32,000 nucleotides of DNA from Synechocystis sp. PCC 6803 substr. PCC-P (GCF_000284455.1 NC_017039.1:2280001-2312000), one strand, 5' to 3'; shown: positions 1 through 9,723, counted from the first letter of the stretch. Made by a program: numbers and translations. Notes: a model not told the origin generated them from the sequence alone.

Positions 1-1008
1 GGCACAGTGCAATATTTTGGCGTTAATACCTTCACCACAGGTATTTATTCCACCTGGTTCGGCTTTGGGGAAAGGCAAGGGGCCACCCAACTGGCCGCCT
101 TTTTAATGATTTTTGTCTTCTTGTTAGTAGTACTGGAACGCTGGTCCCGCCGGCAAGCCAAGTTTTATCAATCTAGCAGTCCCCACCAAAATCTCCCCCG
201 TTATCAACTCCGGGGCCTAAGGGCGATCGGGGCATTAGCTTTTTGTCTTTTTCCTTTCCTACTGGGCTTTTTAATTCCCGCCAGTTATCTTTTATATCTC
301 ACCGTTTCCTATGCCCAGGAGGTCCGTAACAATAACTTCTTTCAACTGGCTTCCCACAGTTTAATTCTCTCCTTCCTCACCGCGGCGATCGCCTTAGTAA
401 TTGGTTTAATCCTGGTTTATGGCCAAAGGTTGAGCCGTCAACCCCTCACTTCCTTTGCCGTCAAAGTTGCTTCCATGGGCTATGCCATCCCTGGTTCTGT
501 CATTGCGGTGGGGGTGCTGATTCCAGCGGGCAACTTTGACAATTGGCTGGCTGATTGGTGGGAAAATATGTGGGGCGTAAAAATTGGTCTTCTGCTGAGT
601 GGTACCATTGCCATCCTGGTCTACGCCTATCTGGTCAGGTTTTTGGCTGTGGCCCTGGGTTCCTTGGAAGGCAGTTTGGGCAAAATTAAACCCACTTTGG
701 ACGATGCGGCCCGTAGTTTGGGCAAAAGCCCCAGCCAAATTCTCTGGCAAGTACACACTCCCCTCATGACCGGCGGTCTGCTCACCGCTGTGATGTTAGT
801 ATTCGTGGATGTCATGAAGGAATTGCCCGCTACCTTGGTAATTCGCCCCTTTAACTTTGACACCCTCGCCATCCGAGTTTACCAATATGCCTCCGATGAA
901 AGACTGATTGAAGCCGCTGCTCCAGCCCTGACCATTATTCTGGCGGGGATGTTGCCGGTGATTTTCCTGAGCGTGCAAATTGCCCGTTCTCGCCCCAGCG
1001 AAGGATAA
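1..1008 (+). CDS. futB: Iron(III)-type ABC transporter permease, C-terminal part. The gene starts upstream of the window.
   Basis: The reading frame is open from base 1. The product is polytopic and hydrophobic, with the EAA-loop-like motif LDDAARSLGKSPSQILWQVHTPL and the tail MKELPATLVIRPFNFDTLAIRVY typical of FbpB/HitB/FutB permeases. I recall it as slr0327. Confidence 0.75.
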   Translation, partial: GTVQYFGVNTFTTGIYSTWFGFGERQGATQLAAFLMIFVFLLVVLERWSRRQAKFYQSSSPHQNLPRYQLRGLRAIGALAFCLFPFLLGFLIPASYLLYLTVSYAQEVRNNNFFQLASHSLILSFLTAAIALVIGLILVYGQRLSRQPLTSFAVKVASMGYAIPGSVIAVGVLIPAGNFDNWLADWWENMWGVKIGLLLSGTIAILVYAYLVRFLAVALGSLEGSLGKIKPTLDDAARSLGKSPSQILWQVHTPLMTGGLLTAVMLVFVDVMKELPATLVIRPFNFDTLAIRVYQYASDERLIEAAAPALTIILAGMLPVIFLSVQIARSRPSEG

Positions 1009-1057
1009 ATTTGCCGGATAATCCGTTCAAAATCCGTTTGATTTCGACCTTTTGCCC

Positions 1058-1531
1058 ATGAAATTGTTATTTGTTTGTTTAGGTAACATTTGTCGATCGC
1101 CAGCGGCGGAAAATATCATGAACGCCCAGATTGACCAAGCAGGCTTGGGGGCAAAAATTGTTTGCGACTCTGCCGGTACTTCCAGCTACCATGTGGGAGA
1201 TTCCCCCGATCGCCGCATGACAGAAAGCTTGAAAAAACGGGGTTATCGGGTGCAGGGAAGAGCTAGACAGTTTTTTCCCGAAGATTTTGCAGAATTTGAC
1301 TTAATTCTAGCTATGGACGGGGATAATTACCGCAATATTCTAGCCCAGGATCCAGCAGGGCAATATCACCATAAAGTAAAAATGATCTGCGATTACACCG
1401 AAAAATTTGGCGATCGGGAAGTTCCCGACCCCTATTATGGCGGGCAGGCTGGTTTTGAGCATGTGATTGATTTGCTAGAAGATGCCTGCGGTAATTTGCT
1501 CACTAGCTTGGGCAAGGAATTGGTTAATTAG
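1058..1531 (+). CDS. Low-molecular-weight protein-tyrosine phosphatase
   Basis: The N-terminal P-loop LFVCLGNICRSP (CX5R-S) and the DPYYG motif near the C-terminus are diagnostic of LMW-PTPs. I chose the ATG at 1058 over the TTG at 1052 used in the ORF track. Confidence 0.9.
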   Translation: MKLLFVCLGNICRSPAAENIMNAQIDQAGLGAKIVCDSAGTSSYHVGDSPDRRMTESLKKRGYRVQGRARQFFPEDFAEFDLILAMDGDNYRNILAQDPAGQYHHKVKMICDYTEKFGDREVPDPYYGGQAGFEHVIDLLEDACGNLLTSLGKELVN

Positions 1532-1682
1532 CAAGCGGTTGTTGAACCAAAGGGTTCTTTTTACCTGTGTTTAACAGTTGGAGGAGTATGGGTGAGGCCC
1601 ATTGTGGTGTTGCCAGCCCGTGCTGGTATGGCTCCCCTGGGGGGTAGAATTAGCAAGATTTTCCCAATTTTCCCTTAATGGC

Positions 1683-2603
1683 ATGAGTTCTCCCTCTTCC
1701 ATACATCGTGAAGTCATCGGCATTGACATTGGTGGTTCTTCCATTAAGTTTGGCCGGTTCCTGAGCAATGGAGATTGCACCGAGTCCTTGGTTTTGCCCA
1801 CCCCCCAACCGGCTTTACCCAAGGCAGTTTATGCTCAGTTGGCCCATGGTATTGACCTGTTGAAAAATTCAGCTTGTGTGGCGATCGGTGTTGGGATGCC
1901 GGGACCAGCGGACGCAGCAGGACGGGTGGCCCAGTTGGCAATTAATTTGCCCCAGTGGCACGACATTCCTTTGGCGGATTGGTTGGAAGACCATGGACAG
2001 TTGCCGACGGTATTGGAGAATGATGCCAATTGTGCTGGCTTGGGGGAAGCTTGGCTCGGAGCGGGCAGGGATTATCGTAATTTTATTTTGCTTACCCTGG
2101 GCACGGGGGTGGGGGGGGCGGTGTTTTTAAATGGCAAATTGTTTACGGGGCCCCAAGGAGCCGGGGGGGAATTGGGACTAATTTCCATTGAAACGGAAGG
2201 CTATCCTTGCAATAGCGGCAATCGGGGTTCTTTGGAGCAACATGCTTCTGCCCAAACCCTACGGCGGGAAATGAATTTGACCGGCCTGGAATTGGCCCAA
2301 TTGGCCGCCAAGGGGGATGCGGAGGCGATCGCCTACTGGGAAAAGTTCGGCCAGCGGTTGGGCATGGGCATTGCGAACTTGGTCTATGTGTTGACCCCAG
2401 AGGCAGTAATTATTGGGGGAGGGCTAAGCGCCAGCTCCAGTTACTTTTTTCCCTCCATGGCATCGGAAATTGAGGAAAGGGTGCTATTACCTTCCCGTCG
2501 GGGATTAAAAATTTTGGTGGCCCAACTGGGTAACCGAGCTGGCATGATCGGTGCGGCCCGCCTAGCCTGGCAAAAGTTGGTTTATCGCACCGATGGCCCT
2601 TGA
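1683..2603 (+). CDS. ROK-family sugar kinase (glucokinase-like)
   Basis: It has the N-terminal ATP-binding motif IGIDIGGSSIKFG, then NDANCAGLGE and LTLGTGVGGAV, and the ROK Cys/His region PCNSGNRGSLEQH. The start is set at the internal ATG at 1683, because the upstream 27 codons are Trp/Cys-rich and unlike the family. Confidence 0.8.
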   Translation: MSSPSSIHREVIGIDIGGSSIKFGRFLSNGDCTESLVLPTPQPALPKAVYAQLAHGIDLLKNSACVAIGVGMPGPADAAGRVAQLAINLPQWHDIPLADWLEDHGQLPTVLENDANCAGLGEAWLGAGRDYRNFILLTLGTGVGGAVFLNGKLFTGPQGAGGELGLISIETEGYPCNSGNRGSLEQHASAQTLRREMNLTGLELAQLAAKGDAEAIAYWEKFGQRLGMGIANLVYVLTPEAVIIGGGLSASSSYFFPSMASEIEERVLLPSRRGLKILVAQLGNRAGMIGAARLAWQKLVYRTDGP

Positions 2604-2616
2604 ACTATATGAGGAA

Positions 2617-3249
2617 CTAACGACTGCGAATCTTCGACCTCTGTTTACGGATGGCCAGCCAAGTGAAGCTTCTCAAGCCAAAGACATAGGCTGTTAAGCC
2701 CACCCCAGCCCCTGCCACCAACGATCCCACAAACAGGGCGATCGCCGCATCGCCACCATACTTTAGTAACTCGGTTGACTGCCAATCTAATTCGCTGAAG
2801 GGGATGCCTTCCCGTTGCAACAGCAATAGCCCCAGACGATAGTTAAACCAATAAATCGGCACATAGGTCAAAGGATTACTGATCCAAGTGGCCCCCGCTG
2901 CCACAATTTTATTGCCTCGTAGGGGAATGGCCAGCACCAAGGCGATCGCCGTTTGCAGACCGAAAAAGGGAAACATCCCAGCAAAGGAACCCACGGCCAA
3001 ACCCCGGGCCAAGGCATGGGGAGTACTCTGTAGTCGTAATAGCTTGACGTATAGATAGCGGATTTGTCTTTGCCACAGGCGCCAGTGGCCGGCTTTACGG
3101 GGGGGAGTCAAGTTAACCAAGGTGCTTGAGGGGGGTAAGGAGTGGGGAAGATTATCAGTTATTTTAACTAAGATGTTGCTAAATTCCCCATTCCTAAACC
3201 GGTCCGGGGCAGAAACCCAATCTTCCATTGCCCCACTAATCGACGCCAT
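2617..3249 (-). CDS. DUF2062-family membrane protein
   Basis: The core RGLAVGSFAGMFPFFGLQTAIALVLAIPLRGNK plus two further predicted transmembrane segments match my memory of DUF2062. Its start overlaps the upstream gene's stop by 14 nt. Confidence 0.55.
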   Translation of the reverse strand: MASISGAMEDWVSAPDRFRNGEFSNILVKITDNLPHSLPPSSTLVNLTPPRKAGHWRLWQRQIRYLYVKLLRLQSTPHALARGLAVGSFAGMFPFFGLQTAIALVLAIPLRGNKIVAAGATWISNPLTYVPIYWFNYRLGLLLLQREGIPFSELDWQSTELLKYGGDAAIALFVGSLVAGAGVGLTAYVFGLRSFTWLAIRKQRSKIRSR

Positions 3250-3823
3250 AACGCCATTGACTAAGCTTTTCCCGCACTGATGGGTCTAATTTGTGCACCC
3301 AGCCCCGTTGCTTTTCCCCCAAGGGTTTACCCTTTGGCGATCGCCGTTGACTCTTTTTGCCGTACTGTTTAGCCTGTTGGCGAACTTGAGCTCGACTTTG
3401 ATCCACCTCCTGGGCCAGAAGATGGGCCGACATCCATTCTGCACCGTAACCCACCACGGTTAATTGCTGAGCGCGATCGGAGGTGGCGACAATTACCCGA
3501 CCGGGATACTCATAGGTGTGACGGCGATAATGGGCACAACGCTTTTCAATGAACGTATCGGCAGTCTGGAGCCAGGCAGTGTAGTGGATGGAAAGGTGGG
3601 GGCTGGGATGCTCTTGGCTAGCAGGGCTTTGTTGGTACTGAGCATCGAAAACCACTTGGGTTTGATAGCCTTGGTGACTGCTGTAGCTAATCAGTTCATC
3701 AATTAGGGTTTGCCGGGCCATCTCCAGCCCAAAGCGTTCACGGGTTTGTTTCAGGTGATTCCATTGGCCGATGATGTTGTAACCATCTACCAGTAGTAGT
3801 GCGTTGTAAGTGGGGGGCTTCAT
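3236..3823 (-). CDS. NYN-domain YacP/Rae1-like predicted ribonuclease
   Basis: The N-terminus LLVDGYNIIGQW and the later VVFDA ... VIVATSD acidic motifs are typical of the YacP (DUF901/NYN) family. The C-terminal tail is basic. Confidence 0.65.
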   Translation of the reverse strand: MKPPTYNALLLVDGYNIIGQWNHLKQTRERFGLEMARQTLIDELISYSSHQGYQTQVVFDAQYQQSPASQEHPSPHLSIHYTAWLQTADTFIEKRCAHYRRHTYEYPGRVIVATSDRAQQLTVVGYGAEWMSAHLLAQEVDQSRAQVRQQAKQYGKKSQRRSPKGKPLGEKQRGWVHKLDPSVREKLSQWRYGVD

Positions 3824-4011
3824 GGTGCAAGGAGAAGATCATAGATTGCGGATATGCGGAAAAATCAAAATAATCGACACACCAAAGCCGGGCTCTGACC
3901 CAGAAAAAGTTCCCTGGCGATCGCCTTAGCGTTGTGATCGGTCAAAAATGAACGAATCTAAATTTTAACAAAATTTACAAAAATTAAATTTTTCTCCCAT
4001 AACTCAGCCAA

Positions 4012-4572
4012 TCACATTAGCCAGGCAAAAAGCTCACCAACGGTGACTTGGAAATCTTCAGCAAAGGCTGGAACTGGTATAACTTCAGGTGCTTCATCAA
4101 CGATCTGGACCTGCTTATCGGGCCGATAAACCAGTAGGGTTTGCTCCTTTGGATCTACGAGCCAGCCCATCTGGGTTCCATGCTCCAGACAGTACAAAAT
4201 ATTTTTAATTACTCGTACTGGACTTTGGTCAGGGGAAAGAATTTCAATAGTCCAATCAGGGGCCAAGTCAAATAGGTCCGCAATTTCTCCTGAATGATCA
4301 CGGGGAATGCGGTCTTGGGTAAACACAGCAATGTCCGGCACAATGGAGCGATCGCCAAAGGTACAGCGCAGTTCCGAAAGAGCTAATGCCCGCCTTTGGG
4401 GACTGAAGACTCGATTTAAATTTGCCGATAATAAGGTTTGCAGGAGGCTATGCTTACCTTTGGGCATCGGCTTTTTTCGAATAGTACCATTAATGTATTC
4501 CTGGGCAGGTTTAGTCTCCGGCAATGCCATGAATTCTGCTAAGGATAGTGTCTTTACTGGAGTAGTAACCAT
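4012..4572 (-). CDS. Uma2-family (DUF820) PD-(D/E)xK endonuclease-like protein
   Basis: The family-typical layout is present: EFMALPE...EYINGTI, then VPDIAVF and PDWTIEILSP (a PD ... E-x-L-S nuclease-like core). This family is highly expanded in cyanobacteria. Confidence 0.7.
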   Translation of the reverse strand: MVTTPVKTLSLAEFMALPETKPAQEYINGTIRKKPMPKGKHSLLQTLLSANLNRVFSPQRRALALSELRCTFGDRSIVPDIAVFTQDRIPRDHSGEIADLFDLAPDWTIEILSPDQSPVRVIKNILYCLEHGTQMGWLVDPKEQTLLVYRPDKQVQIVDEAPEVIPVPAFAEDFQVTVGELFAWLM

Positions 4573-4623
4573 AGCTAGGCTTCTTCAGGAAAATGGCCAA
4601 TCCATCCAATTCACCATACCAAT

Positions 4624-4893
4624 CTAAGACCCACTGCCTTGGCCCGGTAATATACAGCAGTTGACATCATTGAGACAAACCTTGCCCCATTGCAGGGCCC
4701 AGCGCACCAATTCCACCCGGTTTTCCGTGTTGGTCTTGGTCAAAATATTACTGACATGGTTATCCACTGTTCTTTTACTAATCTCCAAACGTTCTGACAC
4801 CTCCTGGTTGGTCAGACCAATCGCCACTAGGTCTAAAATTTCCAATTCACGATCCGATAGGGACGCAGGGGGTTGATAGTTCCCGGCCAGCAT
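4624..4893 (-). CDS. pedR: Small LuxR/GerE-type HTH regulator matching redox-responsive PedR
   Basis: The 89-aa product is HTH-only: LSDRELEILDLVAIGLTNQEVSERLEISKRTVDNHVSNI. The C-terminal Cys pair places a Cys at residue 80, as reported for PedR. It lies next to psaC, as I recall for ssl0564. Confidence 0.8.
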   Translation of the reverse strand: MLAGNYQPPASLSDRELEILDLVAIGLTNQEVSERLEISKRTVDNHVSNILTKTNTENRVELVRWALQWGKVCLNDVNCCILPGQGSGS

Positions 4894-5061
4894 GGGTGAT
4901 TATCCTCAGGTATATTTACTCAGTCGGTAGACTATATTCTATGGTAATCCCCCCGTCAAGCCTAGCTTTGGTCGAAAATCGCCGCTCTGGTAAAAACATT
5001 AACTTTCGGATTATTTCGTGCAGGTGAACAAACTTAGATTGAATGTTGACAAACAAACAAA

Positions 5062-5087
5062 TAAAAAAGAAGACCCCAGGGGCCTTC
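5062..5087 (-). terminator. Intrinsic terminator downstream of psaC
   Basis: The minus-strand RNA reads GAAGGCCCC-U-GGGGUCUUC followed by UUUUUUAU. This is a GC-rich hairpin plus U-tract about 70 nt after the psaC stop. Confidence 0.7.
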
Positions 5088-5159
5088 CCAGCTCGAAAGC
5101 TGTCAAAGTTTGATCAAAAATTGGAATAATGGCGGGGCCAGTTACCAGATCTATACGAT

Positions 5160-5408
<249 letters not shown>

Positions 5409-5773
5409 CTATCGGCTCCTTAACCGAGGGTTCTCCGTAAAGTCGAAAAAAATAATATTGTCAGGATTATGGGCTAGTTTACCCCACACCTGAATTTCCT
5501 TTCGGAAAAAACGCCATAACTTCAAATTCTGTTACATCTTTAGAGTGACTTTGAGCTTGTAACCAAGAAAAACCGCTTCAACAGAGCTTAAAGCAAAGGT
5601 AAAGCGAATCTAAACCATAGAAAAAAACCTGGGTGTGAACAAAAGTTAGACTGGCGGCGATCGCCACTGGCCTACCCGCAACTTAGAAAAAGTTAGGAAA
5701 AATTAATCTTTTCTGCGGGCCCGACCGGAAAAATCCCTGCTAGATTATTGTCTGTAAAGACTATCTGGGTAGT

Positions 5774-7351
5774 ATGAACACTTTTCCCTGGCTGACCACG
5801 ATCATCCTTTTGCCGATTGTGGCGGCTTTATTCATTCCCATTATCCCCGACAAGGACGGTAAAACTGTTAGATGGTATTCCCTGGCGGTGGGGCTAGTAG
5901 ACTTTGCCCTGATCGTTTATGCCTTCTACAGTGGTTTTGACCTGAGCGAACCGGGATTGCAATTGGTGGAAAGCTACACCTGGCTACCCCAGATTGATCT
6001 CAAATGGTCGGTGGGGGCCGATGGCCTTTCCATGCCGTTGATCATTCTCACCGGTTTTATCACCACCTTGGCCACCATGGCCGCCTGGCCGGTGACTCTG
6101 AAGCCAAAGCTATTTTATTTCCTGATGTTGCTCATGTACGGTGGGCAAATTGCCGTGTTTGCGGTGCAGGATATTTTGCTCTTTTTCCTAGTCTGGGAAT
6201 TGGAGTTGGTGCCAGTGTATCTAATTCTCTCCATCTGGGGCGGCAAAAAACGCCTCTACGCCGCAACGAAATTTATTCTCTACACTGCGGGGGGGTCTTT
6301 ATTCATCCTGCTGGCAGGGCTGACTCTGGCTTTCTACGGTGACGTTAATACCTTTGATATGTCGGCGATCGCCGCTAAGGACATTCCCGTTAACCTGCAA
6401 TTATTGCTATACGCTGGCTTTTTAATTGCCTACGGCGTTAAGTTGCCCATTTTTCCCCTCCATACCTGGTTACCCGATGCCCACGGGGAAGCCACTGCGC
6501 CGGCCCACATGTTGCTGGCGGGCATTCTGTTGAAAATGGGAGGTTATGCCCTGCTGCGGATGAATGTGGGGATGCTCCCCGATGCCCATGCCGTATTTGC
6601 CCCGGTTTTGGTGATTCTTGGGGTGGTGAACATTATTTATGCTGCTTTCACCTCCTTTGCCCAACGAAATCTGAAGCGAAAAATTGCCTATTCTTCCATT
6701 TCCCACATGGGTTTTGTCCTGATCGGTTTAGCATCTTTCACTGACCTGGGCATGAGTGGGGCCATGTTACAAATGATTTCCCACGGTTTGATTGGGGCCA
6801 GTCTGTTCTTTATGGTGGGAGCTACCTATGACCGGACCCATACCCTGATGCTGGATGAAATGGGGGGCATTGGCCAAAAGATGAAAAAAGGTTTTGCCAT
6901 GTGGACAGCTTGTTCCCTGGCGTCCCTGGCTCTACCGGGGATGAGTGGCTTTGTGGCGGAATTAATGGTGTTTGTGGGTTTTGCCACCAGCGATGCTTAT
7001 AACCTAGTTTTCCGCACCATTGTGGTTGTCCTTATGGGAGTTGGGGTAATTTTGACCCCCATTTATCTACTCTCCATGCTCCGGGAAATGCTTTACGGTC
7101 CCGAAAACGAGGAGTTGGTAAATCACACTAATCTAGTGGACGTGGAACCTCGGGAAGTTTTCATTATTGGTTGTCTGCTCGTGCCCATTATTGGCATTGG
7201 TTTCTATCCCAAGCTCATTACCCAGATTTACGATCCCACCATTAATCAATTGGTGCAAACCGCCCGGCGATCTGTGCCGAGTTTGGTCCAACAGGCTAAC
7301 CTTTCACCCTTGGAAGTCACTGCTTTACGGCCCCCCACCATTGGTTTTTAA
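5774..7351 (+). CDS. ndhD1: NAD(P)H-quinone oxidoreductase (NDH-1) subunit 4
   Basis: The 525-aa polytopic membrane protein has NuoM/NdhD signatures: [28 protein letters not shown] and [13 protein letters not shown] recall it as slr0331. Confidence 0.92.
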   Translation: MNTFPWLTTIILLPIVAALFIPIIPDKDGKTVRWYSLAVGLVDFALIVYAFYSGFDLSEPGLQLVESYTWLPQIDLKWSVGADGLSMPLIILTGFITTLATMAAWPVTLKPKLFYFLMLLMYGGQIAVFAVQDILLFFLVWELELVPVYLILSIWGGKKRLYAATKFILYTAGGSLFILLAGLTLAFYGDVNTFDMSAIAAKDIPVNLQLLLYAGFLIAYGVKLPIFPLHTWLPDAHGEATAPAHMLLAGILLKMGGYALLRMNVGMLPDAHAVFAPVLVILGVVNIIYAAFTSFAQRNLKRKIAYSSISHMGFVLIGLASFTDLGMSGAMLQMISHGLIGASLFFMVGATYDRTHTLMLDEMGGIGQKMKKGFAMWTACSLASLALPGMSGFVAELMVFVGFATSDAYNLVFRTIVVVLMGVGVILTPIYLLSMLREMLYGPENEELVNHTNLVDVEPREVFIIGCLLVPIIGIGFYPKLITQIYDPTINQLVQTARRSVPSLVQQANLSPLEVTALRPPTIGF

Positions 7352-7529
7352 GTCGACCAAGAAAAAGGGTAGTTAAACACAGTTAACTCACTTAATTGTT
7401 GGTATTTATCTACCCTCTTCTAGTTGAGTTTGTATTCGATTGAAGTTAGTTAAGATTTTATTAAGATAACTCACCGTAAAAATAAATACTGTTACAGTTG
7501 AAAAATAATTAACCATCAACCTATATCCA

Positions 7530-7850
7530 ATGACTTTGGACAAGCTTGGGTCGGCCTTTTTGCTAGGTATTGCTTTGGCGAGCTTGGGCGTTCCTGCCCT
7601 TGCCCGGGGAATTTCTACCCTCAGGGCAGCAGATCCCAATACTCGTATTAATGTGAGAACTCAGCCTACTATCAAATCCAGTGCTCCTCAGTATGGACTA
7701 CCCGGTGACAAAGTTGAAGTCATCAAGTGTGTTCAAGATAAGGACACCCAAAATAGTGATTTGAATTGGTGTGAAGTTAAATTTGTTAAATCGAAAGCTG
7801 TCGGTTGGATACGCAGTGACTTTATTATTTTTGCTGACGGAGGCGAATAG
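7530..7850 (+). CDS. Exported bacterial SH3-domain protein
   Basis: A signal-peptide-like N-terminus (AFLLGIALASLGVPALA) is followed by an SH3b-like segment: INVRTQPTIKSSAPQYGLPGDKVEVI...WCEVKF..GWIRSDFI. Confidence 0.6.
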   Translation: MTLDKLGSAFLLGIALASLGVPALARGISTLRAADPNTRINVRTQPTIKSSAPQYGLPGDKVEVIKCVQDKDTQNSDLNWCEVKFVKSKAVGWIRSDFIIFADGGE

Positions 7851-7914
7851 CTTCGCAGAAGATATACCTTAAACACTTGTCATAATTCACAAAATTTTGC
7901 ACTGCAAAACAACA

Positions 7915-8247
7915 ATGAAAAAATTCTCTAGAACTGTTTCTGCACTGATTCTATCTATATCAGGGGCGATCGCCTGGTGTTTACCAAGTTTTGCAGCTAT
8001 TCCCCTGTTTAATGCCACTTGCCCCGGAGAAATTGAGGTTCATGCTGATCAGGGCGGACCTATTTTTATCAACGGTAAAAAAGCTCAGTTAATTGTTAAA
8101 AAGCCTGCATATTATGAGGCGAAATTGTCCCAAGGTGCTAATTCTGACGTTGTCGTTTCGGTGGCTATTAATGAGGACGACACGGTAACGATTAGCTATA
8201 CAGGTAAAAGAGGTGCTAACGGCATTTGCACTGTCAAAGAAGACTAG
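7915..8247 (+). CDS. Small exported protein of unknown function
   Basis: The ATG at 7915 gives MKKFSRTVSALILSISGAIAWCLPSFA, a plausible signal peptide. The mature part has two Cys, at ATCPGE and GICTV. I recognise no family. Confidence 0.5.
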   Translation: MKKFSRTVSALILSISGAIAWCLPSFAAIPLFNATCPGEIEVHADQGGPIFINGKKAQLIVKKPAYYEAKLSQGANSDVVVSVAINEDDTVTISYTGKRGANGICTVKED

Positions 8248-8530
8248 AAACCATACACAAAAAAATTTAAGACCTGACTGTTTCTAATTTGGTGCAGTTG
8301 GGTTTTGCCGATTTTAGAAATAGAAACTGCTGAGCTAGACTGGGGGTTCTTGTACTCCGAAAAATGTAATGAACAGTTAAGGTCGCTGCCGACTCTTATT
8401 TTTCCTGTCTATGATAGTTTTGCATTTGCACTCCTTGAATCAAGTTTATGTTAGACTGGGCGCAGATTAGTTAAGCGTTTTCAGCCAGTTTTCCGAATTT
8501 TTTGGACCCCTTCACAACAAACCTAAACCT

Positions 8531-8785
8531 ATGAAAAACTTCCCCGCAATGATTGGTGGCAGCTTGATAGTTGGCTCTTTTGCTCTTTTTAGCGGAGCTA
8601 TGCCCGGTATGGCCCAGGAAGTAGAATGCGAAGCCTATGAAGAAGATGGCATGGGCGTTGCGGTTTGCACTGATGATGATGGTAATACCGCCGTCAGTGT
8701 CACGGATGAAGAAGGCAATCAAGTCACCATTGTGGAAGATGAGGAAGGCAACGAATATACGGAAATTATCGAAGTGGAACAGTAA
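8531..8785 (+). CDS. Small exported, highly acidic repeat protein
   Basis: A signal-peptide-like N-terminus ends at AMPGMAQE. The mature region is about half Asp/Glu, with four (D/E)(D/E)(D/E)G(N/M) units whose Gly residues fall at positions 40, 51, 62 and 73. Confidence 0.5.
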   Translation: MKNFPAMIGGSLIVGSFALFSGAMPGMAQEVECEAYEEDGMGVAVCTDDDGNTAVSVTDEEGNQVTIVEDEEGNEYTEIIEVEQ

Positions 8786-8916
8786 AATTGCAGAAGTTTT
8801 TGTGAAAGCAATTTATTTTCCTTTGGTCTAGAAAGCCGTTGGCAAAACTTTACTTTTTTTCTTAGGTCAACCCCAGTAAAGCTCAGGCAATACTATGGGT
8901 ATTTTCTTGGTGTTCT

Positions 8917-9723
8917 CTAAAACCATTCGGAAAAGGGAGCAGAGAATTGTTGCAAAGACAGTAAGTGAAAACGTTTTTTTTGTTTGGCTAACCCTCGGCT
9001 ATCTGGTGTGTTGTAGCCCCAATCTGCCAGAAATAAACTGGTTTGCTCTAGGGCAGGCTGGTTCGCAACGGTCTCCAGAGTGGTCAACATATCCTCCACA
9101 AACCAAAGGCGATCGCCGTCACATTGATGCTTGACTCGCAACTGTTCCAGGGTTTTGAATTTAGGTTGCTTAATTTCCTTGCCAATAATTTGTCCTAGAG
9201 GGAAATCTACTTTCTGATTTTTGAGCAACTGTTGTACGAAGCGGCCTTCCTTGGTGGTGACAACGTAAAGCCATTGAGGGTAGGGGGATTGTAGCCAATG
9301 ATTTAACTGCCCAATTACCCCCGGATAAAAATGATGAAGTCCTAGCCAATAGGCCAAATCGTTGTGAATGTAGTTATCCCGCACCTGGTCTAGGACTGGA
9401 GCTAGTTGGGATTTGCCGATTTGTTCTTGGCGTTGTAGAGTCTGGGCAACGGCGGGCCATGCTGCTTCAATAGCGGCTGGTTCTACCCCCGTAGCCAAAG
9501 CTTTGAGTAGTAGGGGCATTTCCCACCCCGTTTCAATCACCGGCCTAAGGAAATAAAAGTTATCCCTTTGGCGATCGAGCTTCTCCCGCGGTAGATCTGG
9601 CCAAATTTGTCGACAAACTTGACAACTAGTTTGAAAATATTCCTGCAAACCGTCGCAGAGCACACCATCAAAATCCAGGACTAGCAAATGGGGAAATTTT
9701 TCCATAGATTCAAAGGGTGACAT
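8917..9723 (-). CDS. HAD-superfamily hydrolase-like protein
   Basis: HAD motif I is present near the N-terminus (LVLDFDGVLCDG). A later VVTTKEG resembles motif II, and the FVEDM region resembles motif IV. Confidence 0.6.
   Translation of the reverse strand: MSPFESMEKFPHLLVLDFDGVLCDGLQEYFQTSCQVCRQIWPDLPREKLDRQRDNFYFLRPVIETGWEMPLLLKALATGVEPAAIEAAWPAVAQTLQRQEQIGKSQLAPVLDQVRDNYIHNDLAYWLGLHHFYPGVIGQLNHWLQSPYPQWLYVVTTKEGRFVQQLLKNQKVDFPLGQIIGKEIKQPKFKTLEQLRVKHQCDGDRLWFVEDMLTTLETVANQPALEQTSLFLADWGYNTPDSRGLAKQKKRFHLLSLQQFSAPFSEWF

Noticed and set aside
7406-7639. A 77-aa minus-strand ORF between ndhD1 and the SH3b gene.
   Set aside because: It overlaps the signal-peptide region of the better-supported plus-strand SH3b gene. 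Its N-terminal half is the antisense of that sequence, and it has no motif.
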